A stretch of 20,000 nt of DNA. It comes from an uncultured delta proteobacterium. Lineage in GTDB: Bacteria; Desulfobacterota; Desulfobacteria; Desulfobacterales; SG8-13. Location: contig CAWKCK010000009.1 of the NCBI GenBank assembly GCA_963848135.1, positions 115,736 to 135,735 of the forward strand. The letters are read 5' to 3'. A model generated the notes under the pieces. That model was not told the DNA's origin. It did no database searches and was given only the letters and a program-made list of their open reading frames with translations. Position numbers and translations under genes: made by a program. Positions 9,030-16,392 of this stretch are shown one piece after another. Positions within the stretch are counted from its first letter, which is position 1, and every line of letters starts with the position of its first letter.

Positions 9030-10178
9030 ATGGACGTATTTATAAACGACATCGCTGCATTTCTGCCGAATGATCCTGTCGACAACGATACCATCGAGGA
9101 CGTTCTCGGCCGAATCAATAATATCCCTTCGAAAGCCAAGCGGATTGTATTGAAAAACAACAAGATCGAAACGCGCTATTATGCGCTTGACGCAGCCACC
9201 CGACGCTTGACCCACAACAACGCCCAGTTGACGGCTGCCGCCATCCGCGGGCTGAAACCCTATGCTACGTTCAGTCCGGCAGATATCGAGTGCCTTTGCT
9301 GCGGCACCACTAGTCCGGACTTTCTTTTTCCGGGTCATGCGCTGATGGTTTTAGGTGAGTTGGGGATTGCTGAATGTGAAGCTGTGACGACTGCCGGCAT
9401 CTGTATTTGCGGCATGACCGCTTTGAAGTTCGCGTTTATGAACATTGCCGCCGGCTTGTCCACCAACGCAGTGGCCACCGGGTCCGAGTTGGCGGCTTCT
9501 TTTTTAAGAGCCGATTTTATGACCCCTTTTCTCACCGAAGGGGACGAGACCGACTTGACCCGCCAACCTGTGCGTGCCTTTGACGCCGATTTCCTGCGCT
9601 GGATGCTTTCGGATGGTGCCGGGGCGGTGTTTTTGTCCAATCGGCCGAATCCCGACCGGATTTCACTTAAAATCGAATGGATTGATCACAGCTCCTATGC
9701 TGGGAAGTTGGAAACCTGCATGTATTCCGGCGGCTTCAAAGCAGAAGACGGGCGGGCCATCGGCTGGCGTGAGAACGAGGACATCGGCCCCGAATCACGT
9801 CCCTATCTGTTCGCCGTGCGGCAGGACATCAAGCTGCTTGACAAACATATAGTGGCTACCATGGGAAAGGCGCTGTCGTCCGTGGTGACCAAACGCCGAA
9901 TAACTCCGGAGGAGATCGACTGGTTCCTGCCGCATTATTCCTCGGCCTATTTCCGGCCGAAGTTTTACGATGAGATGAAACGGATCGGGTTCCATATCCC
10001 TTACGACAAATGGTTCACCAACCTGGCACAAAAGGGTAACACGGGCAGCGCGGCCATCTTCATCATTCTGGAGGAGATTTTCAAATCGGGGAACCTGCAA
10101 AAGGGGCAGAAGCTGCTCTGCTTCATACCGGAAAGTGGGCGTTTTTCACATTGTTTTATGTTGGTGACGGTCGTGTGA
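9030..10178 (+). CDS. darB: DarB/StlD-family ketosynthase III (dialkylresorcinol/cyclohexanedione condensing enzyme)
   Basis: N-terminus 'VFINDIAAFLPNDPVDND', DarB-typical 'DFLRWMLSDGAGA' and 'PESGRFS'. Cys-His-Asn triad in AGICICG, FLPHYSS and KGNTGSA. AGAGGA upstream; 18 nt after the radical SAM stop. Confidence 0.85.
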   Translation: MDVFINDIAAFLPNDPVDNDTIEDVLGRINNIPSKAKRIVLKNNKIETRYYALDAATRRLTHNNAQLTAAAIRGLKPYATFSPADIECLCCGTTSPDFLFPGHALMVLGELGIAECEAVTTAGICICGMTALKFAFMNIAAGLSTNAVATGSELAASFLRADFMTPFLTEGDETDLTRQPVRAFDADFLRWMLSDGAGAVFLSNRPNPDRISLKIEWIDHSSYAGKLETCMYSGGFKAEDGRAIGWRENEDIGPESRPYLFAVRQDIKLLDKHIVATMGKALSSVVTKRRITPEEIDWFLPHYSSAYFRPKFYDEMKRIGFHIPYDKWFTNLAQKGNTGSAAIFIILEEIFKSGNLQKGQKLLCFIPESGRFSHCFMLVTVV

Positions 10179-10441
10179 AGGCGTTGGATGCGTGGGTATT
10201 TTTCCATATACACTTATACTTCCCTTCCGCATTTCAGAATTTAATAATCATCGGTAGACCCCCAGCTTTTTTGGGGAGACTCCCAAAGTTTGACAGTTCC
10301 AGGAGTTTATGGCGACCGGAGACGATGATTATTAAATAAATTTAAAAACAGATAGAAATCTGGGCTTCATGCAACAAATATTGACGATTACTGTTCTTCT
10401 CACAATCGGTAAGGCCGATAAAATATTCCGGATTAAACAAC

Positions 10442-10539
10442 ATTCAATGACCGTTTGGCTGCCCGGAAGAATGGTTTTGAAAGGACCGCTTTGAGCGATC
10501 CACAAACCATTCCTCTGGCCCTGCCTGAGGTCATTGAAT
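10442..10539. repeat. ~98-bp palindromic (MITE/REP-like) element, copy 1
   Basis: Perfect 11-bp terminal inverted repeats ATTCAATGACC / GGTCATTGAAT. Inner stems GAATGGTTT/AAACCATTC and GGAcCGCT/AGCGaTCC. Homologous to 11708-11803. Confidence 0.85.
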
Positions 10540-10608
10540 TTGGAAAGCGGTATAAGCGGACACGCTGCCCACGCATGTTATTCTGAAACAGTTCAATAAG
10601 AACCCGTA

Positions 10609-11685
10609 TCAGTCTTCTGGCCTTCCATCGGAACTCAGGACTACCAGTCCCATGTCGCCAGCCACTCCGAATTTCAGACAGCCGATATTCTGATGCGCCA
10701 TCTTGTATGGGATTTGCGGCCGGTTGCCGGTGGCAGTGGGCCTCGGTGGTAAATACCTGCCGGTTTTGAGCATGAGCGCAGCCATGGCGATGTCAAAAGC
10801 CGATCCGACCGGCAGACTGCCGTAGAGGTGCGCATAGGAAATGCATCCCGAATAACGCTCCGAAGAGACCACCGGATCGCCGTCCGGATTGAGGATCATC
10901 AAGGTATCCGGCGGGCCGGGGATGGGGTCGCCGGATAGGGCGTGCAAACCGGCATACCGAACGCGAGCGTAGGTGGATACGCTTCCCGAATCCTTTTCCA
11001 GAACGAAGAAAACACTCCCCTCGCCAATAGGTATCTGCGTTGATGGGTCCTCCGATAGCGTGCCGGTTTCAAGCCCCGGCAGCACATGCTGCCTGTAATA
11101 GCCCATCGCTCGCGAAAATTCATCCGCTCCGCCCACCAGCACCGAATCGACGCGATCCTCCTCAAGCCAATGGCACGCCGTCAGAAAGGCCATAGTGGCG
11201 GACATATCGTATTGATTGATAGAGAGGGTCGGACCGTTTTCACCGAGCAAGGTTGCAATATGCGCGGCCGCAGCACTGTGGACCGAGTTGACAAACCGGG
11301 TGGGTGAGGCGCACGGGTTGTCTTCGTCGATGGTCGGATTCAGAAAATTATAAGAATTGCAGGTGGAACCGTAACCGGTGGCGAAGACAATTCCCATCCG
11401 GCCGCGTCGATTTTCGTCCAATCCGGCATCCTTGAGTGCCAGATAGCCTCCCAGGAGCGCCAGTCGTGTGAAATGATCGATTCGACGCAGCGCCTTCCGC
11501 GGAACAAAATCGGTCAGCGGGGTGGTGTCCGCCAGCAACCCGGAAACATCGCTCCGACCCTTTGCCGTGTGGAAGTTGATTATTTCGGTATGGGGGGCAG
11601 AACCCTCCGCCGCGGCCTTCTCGAGTGCCGATACGCCGCAACCGAATCCCCCCACAACCCCGATCCCGGTTATCTTTGCCTTCAT
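10609..11685 (-). CDS. Ketosynthase chain-length factor (catalytically inactive KS-beta partner)
   Basis: Thiolase/KS fold ('ALRRIDHFTRLALL', 'FVNSVHSAAAAHIA', 'VLVGGADE', 'GEGSVFFVLE'). No active-site Cys (region reads NQYDMS) and no HGTGT motif. Follows an intact KS. Confidence 0.82.
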   Translation of the reverse strand: MKAKITGIGVVGGFGCGVSALEKAAAEGSAPHTEIINFHTAKGRSDVSGLLADTTPLTDFVPRKALRRIDHFTRLALLGGYLALKDAGLDENRRGRMGIVFATGYGSTCNSYNFLNPTIDEDNPCASPTRFVNSVHSAAAAHIATLLGENGPTLSINQYDMSATMAFLTACHWLEEDRVDSVLVGGADEFSRAMGYYRQHVLPGLETGTLSEDPSTQIPIGEGSVFFVLEKDSGSVSTYARVRYAGLHALSGDPIPGPPDTLMILNPDGDPVVSSERYSGCISYAHLYGSLPVGSAFDIAMAALMLKTGRYLPPRPTATGNRPQIPYKMAHQNIGCLKFGVAGDMGLVVLSSDGRPED

Positions 11686-11707
11686 GCTCCGGTTCCTGTA
11701 ATAATCA

Positions 11708-11803
11708 TTTCAATGACCGTCTATTTGTTCGAAAAATGGTATTAAAGGACTGCCTTGAGCGGTTCACAAGCCATTCCTCCGATTTTACCGGAGGTCATTG
11801 AAT
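11708..11803. repeat. ~96-bp palindromic (MITE/REP-like) element, copy 2; overlaps the KS stop codon
   Basis: 10-bp terminal inverted repeats TTCAATGACC (11709-11718) / GGTCATTGAA (11793-11802). About 75 of 98 positions match copy 1 in a hand alignment; same orientation. Confidence 0.85.
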
Positions 11804-12988
11804 TCCCAGGACGAGCGCCGAATTGTTGCCGCCGAATGCCAGGGTGTCCGAAATGGCCATGTTGCCGGCGATCGAGGTCATTTCCGATACCGGCGATACG
11901 GGTAAATCGGGATCGGGTGATGAAAACCCGGCACTCCGGGGGATTTTTCCCTTCTCCAGACAGGCGATTGTCAAAACGGCATCGATGGCACCGGCTGCCC
12001 CCAGAGTGTGACCGACAAAGCCTTTGGTCGAAAAATACGGTAACCCGGGAAACATCTGGTGAAATAGGTGGGCCTCGATGCGGTCGTTGTCCAGCGTACC
12101 GGTGCCGTGGGCGTTGACAAAGGCCATGTCCTCCGGTTTGAGGCCACCGGCACGCAGGGCTTCCAAGACGGCCAAGCGCAGACCTTTCCCTTCCGGATGC
12201 GGAGACGTAAAATGATAGGCATCACTGGCTGCACCGTATCCCAACACATAAGCACGGGGAGCCTTACCCCTCTTACGGACCAAATCATCGGACTCAAGAA
12301 TCAGCATTGCGGCGCCTTCCCCGAGGTTTAAACCGCTGCGTTCGGCGTCGAAAGGCTTGCAAGGGGTGCGGTCGGAGTTCATGAGCGAAATAAAACCATT
12401 GTATGTCACCTGATAGAGTTCGTCGACACCGCCGGCGATAACGGCATCGCAGATTCCCAGACGAATCCAAGCGGCCGCCAGGCCGATGGCATCGGCACTG
12501 GCAGCGCATGCATTCACCACCGTTTGGCGAGGGCCGGAAAGTTCGAACTCTCTGGCAATGTGGACGGCTGGATTGCTCATCAGGAACCGGTGATCCGGTG
12601 TAATAAAGGGAACCTCGGTTTGTGAGGCCATTTGCCGAAGAAATCGGATGCCGATCGATTCATCAACGGAGGAGCCGATGCAAATGCCCACCCGTTCAGC
12701 GCCCAGGATCCGGCGGTCCAAGTCGGCGTCTCTAATGGCTTCCCATACGGCCATTAGTGCCATTTGACTATTGCGGAGCTGGCAGCCGTGATGAAAAAAT
12801 GTCGGATCGAAAAAAGGATCGGCAACTTCGAACACCGGATGAGGAGGGGCTGAAGAAATGGTGAGCCGGGAGGGTGGCGCCGGATTACGCTTCCCTTTGA
12901 ATAGAAAATCGACGCTGGCCGCCAGATCAAGGCCCGCTGCGCAAAGGCACCCAACGCCGGTGATGGCAACTGGCCGCAAACGCCTCAT
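11795..12988 (-). CDS. Beta-ketoacyl-ACP synthase (FabF-like type II PKS/aryl-polyene KS-alpha)
   Basis: Catalytic Cys in NACAASADAIG, His in NAHGTGT, His in KGFVGHTLGAAG, plus 'AFGGNN'. ATGA overlap with the ACP stop (12985-12988). Confidence 0.93.
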   Translation of the reverse strand: MRRLRPVAITGVGCLCAAGLDLAASVDFLFKGKRNPAPPSRLTISSAPPHPVFEVADPFFDPTFFHHGCQLRNSQMALMAVWEAIRDADLDRRILGAERVGICIGSSVDESIGIRFLRQMASQTEVPFITPDHRFLMSNPAVHIAREFELSGPRQTVVNACAASADAIGLAAAWIRLGICDAVIAGGVDELYQVTYNGFISLMNSDRTPCKPFDAERSGLNLGEGAAMLILESDDLVRKRGKAPRAYVLGYGAASDAYHFTSPHPEGKGLRLAVLEALRAGGLKPEDMAFVNAHGTGTLDNDRIEAHLFHQMFPGLPYFSTKGFVGHTLGAAGAIDAVLTIACLEKGKIPRSAGFSSPDPDLPVSPVSEMTSIAGNMAISDTLAFGGNNSALVLGIQ

Positions 12989-13248
12989 GGGGCCCGTCTT
13001 TTATCGATAAATGCGGCCAGGGTGTTTACCGATTGCAAGGCCGGCCGCCCCTCTTTCATATTGCGGATTTCAACGCCGAAATGTTTTTTTATCTGAAAGA
13101 TAATTTCGATCGCATCGACGGAATCCAGGCCGAACTTTTCGCCGAAAAGAGGCTCATCGTCATCGATATCGGAGGGCTCGACATCAATCAGATCGAGTTC
13201 ATCGACCAAGATTATTTTCAGCTTTTCTTTCAGGTCTGTTGGATGCAT
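12985..13248 (-). CDS. Acyl carrier protein
   Basis: 87 aa, acidic, with phosphopantetheine motif FGLDSVDAIE. Coupled to the KS. Confidence 0.93.
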   Translation of the reverse strand: MHPTDLKEKLKIILVDELDLIDVEPSDIDDDEPLFGEKFGLDSVDAIEIIFQIKKHFGVEIRNMKEGRPALQSVNTLAAFIDKRRAP

Positions 13249-13286
13249 GGAGAACTTCTAGCTATTCGGTCGGTATGAAAAAATGT

Positions 13287-14306
13287 TTAGGAAACAACGG
13301 CTCTTAACTCCTTGAAAAGGATCTCTTCCTGCCGGGAGCAATCCCTCAGAATGTCCGCCAAGGCCGTGTATGTCTCGGTTTGAGAGGCGCGGTTTTTACA
13401 TATGCGTGAACCGATGAGGGCAAAATCGCGCCACCGATCGCCGATAGCCGTCATTTTATGTGAGAGGTCCAACAGCCGGTTATCGTCCAGTATGGCCGCG
13501 CTTTCCTGCAGAAATGCCGCATAGAGAAATCGAAAACCGGCGCCTCCGGTGCCGATCTCCTCTTGCATCCGGATCAGTTGGCCGAGATTGAGTGCCGCTT
13601 TCTCTTCGCCCAGTTTTCGAGGCCAGTGCTCTACTTTTCCGGCCAGGTAGCGTATGCCTTTCACCCCGATTAAGCGGACGGGTGCTCGGGTCATGACATT
13701 GCAAACGGCCTTGATCCCCGCGACGATCGCGCGATTCAGGTCGATTTCAGCGGGTACCGAGGTTACGTAGTACATCTTGCCTTTTGGTGCCAAGGGACCG
13801 TGGGCGAAGCGGGCTTTCATCAGATCTTTCTCGGGGCAGGAGACCGGTTCCGGAAACACCGGATCACTGATCAGATAATTTCCGTTGCTGCGGCCATAGG
13901 CGACCAGATTGTGCATGTTGAAATGAAAACGGTATCGCCTCGGAAAATAAGTGAGCCAGTACGCGCCGGTTCGGCATCCGACCGGTGTTTGCTGGTCGAG
14001 CTTACGGTCCAATGCCGCCATGGCGCTTTGGGGATCGCGAAATTTCTCCCATTTGATTTTAACATTTAACCGGGTGGCAACCTTGCCGATGATGCGGCCG
14101 TTACTGGCGCGAAAGGTCGTTAGCGGAAGATTGTTGAGCCGGACAAACGGGAAGTAACCGAAAAAAAGTCCGCTGCCGATCCCGAAGGCCAGCGGTTCGC
14201 TTAGTGCCAGGCCATAATGCGACAACAGATTGGACGCGACACCGGACTCACAGTGTGCCGCTTGTCGGTGCGTAAAGGGAATTTCTATATCGGTGTCAGT
14301 CCTCAT
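13287..14306 (-). CDS. BtrH N-terminal domain / DUF4872 protein (C39-peptidase-like fold, possible ACP-dependent acyltransferase)
   Basis: 'HRQAAHCESG', 'FNMHNLV' and 'ISDP' give a Gln-Cys-His-Asp set; C-terminal 'QEEIGTGGAGFRFLYAAFLQE'. Start revised to ATG 14306, an 11-nt overlap with the upstream stop. Confidence 0.82.
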   Translation of the reverse strand: MRTDTDIEIPFTHRQAAHCESGVASNLLSHYGLALSEPLAFGIGSGLFFGYFPFVRLNNLPLTTFRASNGRIIGKVATRLNVKIKWEKFRDPQSAMAALDRKLDQQTPVGCRTGAYWLTYFPRRYRFHFNMHNLVAYGRSNGNYLISDPVFPEPVSCPEKDLMKARFAHGPLAPKGKMYYVTSVPAEIDLNRAIVAGIKAVCNVMTRAPVRLIGVKGIRYLAGKVEHWPRKLGEEKAALNLGQLIRMQEEIGTGGAGFRFLYAAFLQESAAILDDNRLLDLSHKMTAIGDRWRDFALIGSRICKNRASQTETYTALADILRDCSRQEEILFKELRAVVS

Positions 14307-14718
14307 AAAACGATGGTTCCAACTTGTCGGGAATTTTTTTAAGAGCTTCGGGTGAGATGCCGAAGACGTCGGCATAGCGCTTCAACATAGTGCGGTCGAG
14401 ACGCTTGAAGCCGGCAGGCTTCAGGTGGCGGCGGACCCGCCAGCGCGATAATCCTGCATAGCTGGCCAGCAAGCCGACGGTCATCAGGTTTCTGGCCATG
14501 TGATAGGCGATAGGGCTGCGTTCTCCAGACCGAATCTGCTCGATTGCGAAAGTAATCTCTCGGCGGATCAGTCCCCAGGCCTGCTGATTGGCAATATTCT
14601 TCGGCTCCCAACCCAGGCTGGGAACCTGAACATAACTGCCATTTTCATCGACCGCATACGTGATTTCCGTCAGCCCTTTGTTTAGACCGACATCTTGAGG
14701 GACATCTTTTTTCTGCAT
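14296..14718 (-). CDS. Conserved hypothetical protein of flexirubin/DAR-type clusters, possible C-terminal HTH-like region
   Basis: 'MQKKDVPQD...YAVDENGSY...SLGWEPKNIA...SPIAYHM...LASYAGLSRWRVRRHLKP' resembles, from memory, the small protein found beside darB/btrH. Start revised to ATG 14718. Confidence 0.7.
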   Translation of the reverse strand: MQKKDVPQDVGLNKGLTEITYAVDENGSYVQVPSLGWEPKNIANQQAWGLIRREITFAIEQIRSGERSPIAYHMARNLMTVGLLASYAGLSRWRVRRHLKPAGFKRLDRTMLKRYADVFGISPEALKKIPDKLEPSFYED

Positions 14719-14766
14719 AGTGAAAAACCGTATCAATCGCCGATTTCGATTTCAAACAAAGATAGG

Positions 14767-14795
14767 AATATTGCGGAATGCCGGTCTCTTGTCAA
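14767..14795 (-). promoter_or_regulatory. Candidate sigma70 promoter for the hyp-btrH-ACP-KS-CLF operon
   Basis: Minus strand TTGACA (14795-14790), 17-bp spacer, AATATT (4/6 match to the -10 consensus), about 50 bp upstream of ATG 14718. Confidence 0.4.
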
Positions 14796-15051
14796 TGCCT
14801 ATGTATCCACTGAGCCGAAGCTCAGGCCCATTCAACTCTATTCAATGATGGGGATTTTTGCCAAAATCATGCCCGTAAAAGTTGTGTTTTCAATGGGGAA
14901 AGATATCCGGCGTTCACCGTCACTGTTGAAAATGACCGCGTCCAGTGTGTTTCAATTTGATTGCCGTTGCGAAGGGTCGCACCTGGGCACTACAATGGGG
15001 TAACGATGCAAAAAGACACACGGTGTGTGCGAATTCCTGATGGGGGAAAGC

Positions 15052-15065
15052 CTCCGCAAGCGGAG
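15052..15065 (-). terminator. Weak candidate terminator hairpin after the TRL-like pair
   Basis: Minus strand CTCCG-CTTG-CGGAG followed by GCTTT, 25 nt after the stop at 15091. The stem is short and the U-tract poor. Confidence 0.25.
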
Positions 15066-15090
15066 CCGGGGGATGCATCATAAGAAAAGA

Positions 15091-15459
15091 TTATTTTTCA
15101 CCGTACACGATGACTTCGTCGTGACGCCAGATGCCTAAAATGCTCAGCCGCTCGAGGTCGGCGTGGTAGACTGTTTTTATCCCGTGACGTTTGGCGATCT
15201 CGGCGATGGCGTTAGAGTTGAACTCGGCGTAGATACCGTAACCGGAAAACGGTTCTTTGATCCGGATGACCTTTCCACTGCCGGTATCGATACCGGCCGG
15301 AGTTTGGTTGAGATTGGCTGTCAAAGGGACCTTGACACGGGTGAACACCGCGCCGACCAGAATTGCATGGCCGTTTTTGACGACAGCGCCGCAGCCTGTG
15401 ATCATAATCCCGATAACGACGGCTATTCCCGTACAAAGTATCCGTTTTTTATCGAACAC
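15091..15459 (-). CDS. TRL-like family lipoprotein
   Basis: Start revised to GTG 15459 with AAGGA 7 nt upstream. Signal peptide with lipobox ITGC. C-terminal 'AIAEIAKRHGIKTVYHAD...SILGIW...VIVYGE'. Confidence 0.7.
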   Translation of the reverse strand: MFDKKRILCTGIAVVIGIMITGCGAVVKNGHAILVGAVFTRVKVPLTANLNQTPAGIDTGSGKVIRIKEPFSGYGIYAEFNSNAIAEIAKRHGIKTVYHADLERLSILGIWRHDEVIVYGEK

Positions 15460-15469
15460 CTCGGTTCCT

Positions 15470-15766
15470 TCAATCACCGTATACGATGATGCGCCAGCGG
15501 GTGAAGAGGCCGAACAGGACCTGCTGGACTTCCTGGTCCGCATGTCTCATAACCGTGATATTGCCGTTTTTGGCAGCGGTGGCATAACTGGCGTCTCCCC
15601 AAGCCACCAACCAGAAAAGGCTGTAAGCTTCAGCGGTGCCGGTTTTCGATCCCAGCTGGGTTTGGTTGAGATCGGTGTCATATGGCGTACGGACATCGAC
15701 GTAAGCGCAGCCGGTGAAAAGTAGAAGCACGAGAGCCGTCACAACAATGTTTGTTCGAATGATCAC
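15470..15766 (-). CDS. TRL-like family lipoprotein
   Basis: Start revised to GTG 15766 with GAGG upstream. Lipobox FTGC. 'GTAEAYSLFWLVAWGDASYATAAKNGNIT...HAD...VLFGLF...IIVYGD' is a typical TRL-domain pattern. Confidence 0.78.
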   Translation of the reverse strand: MIIRTNIVVTALVLLLFTGCAYVDVRTPYDTDLNQTQLGSKTGTAEAYSLFWLVAWGDASYATAAKNGNITVMRHADQEVQQVLFGLFTRWRIIVYGD

Positions 15767-16392
15767 ATCGGCCTCACATTTATGGATCATAGAAAAAAAT
15801 CTACACCCCTAATTGAGCCAAATTCGAGGCTTGCCCACCTCCGGCGAGGATACCCCGGGTTTAAGGCATTCAAGGGTGAAGTTGTATTCGTATACGGCTT
15901 TGCACCAAAAGTAAACAGGAACAAGGGTGATTACCGACGTCTGGGAGGCGCCCTCGTGTTCCTCTATGAAACCCTGATGTCAGGGTAGCGTTGCATCTGG
16001 CTGAAATATAGTGAATATTCGAAATTTTATCGAAGCCGGTTAGTTGAGATGGGGTGCCCTTTGATGAAATACAGTTGACGGAAAGCATATAACAACGCAT
16101 CTTTATTCATTCATAGGTTGAGCAGTTGAACGTTCACGGTGCCCAGTTAAAGTGCCATAACTGGTCTCTGACAATCGTATTATGCTTCAATTGGTTGGAA
16201 TTCCATGTTTCACCCGATGGGTGAAAGCGGCCAATCCTAACAATGGATTTTAAAGTTAAATAAATCAGAACTTTATAACTTTTTAACCCTTAACTCTGAA
16301 TCCCGCCTGGGCGGGAATCCGATCAGTTTGAGCTATTATTACGCCGCTTCAGTAAGAGGCAGATGATGAATTAGTCCTGGAGGGAATCAAGA

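Noticed and set aside
9030..10178. Housekeeping fabH
   Set aside because: DarB-specific motifs (FLRWMLSDG, PHYSS, PESGRF) replace the FabH HQAN motif.
11705..11797. UGA readthrough or selenocysteine recoding fusing KS to CLF, suggested by the hairpin at the TGA
   Set aside because: A second in-frame TGA occurs about 30 codons later, before the CLF start, and the KS is already complete at its C-terminus.
10442..11803. CRISPR array or autonomous transposon
   Set aside because: Only two ~97-bp copies about 1.2 kb apart, with no spacers, cas genes or transposase.
15860..15910. c-di-GMP-I riboswitch suggested by minus-strand GCAAAGCC
   Set aside because: The upstream GGCAAA and GNRA stem and the closing stem could not be found.
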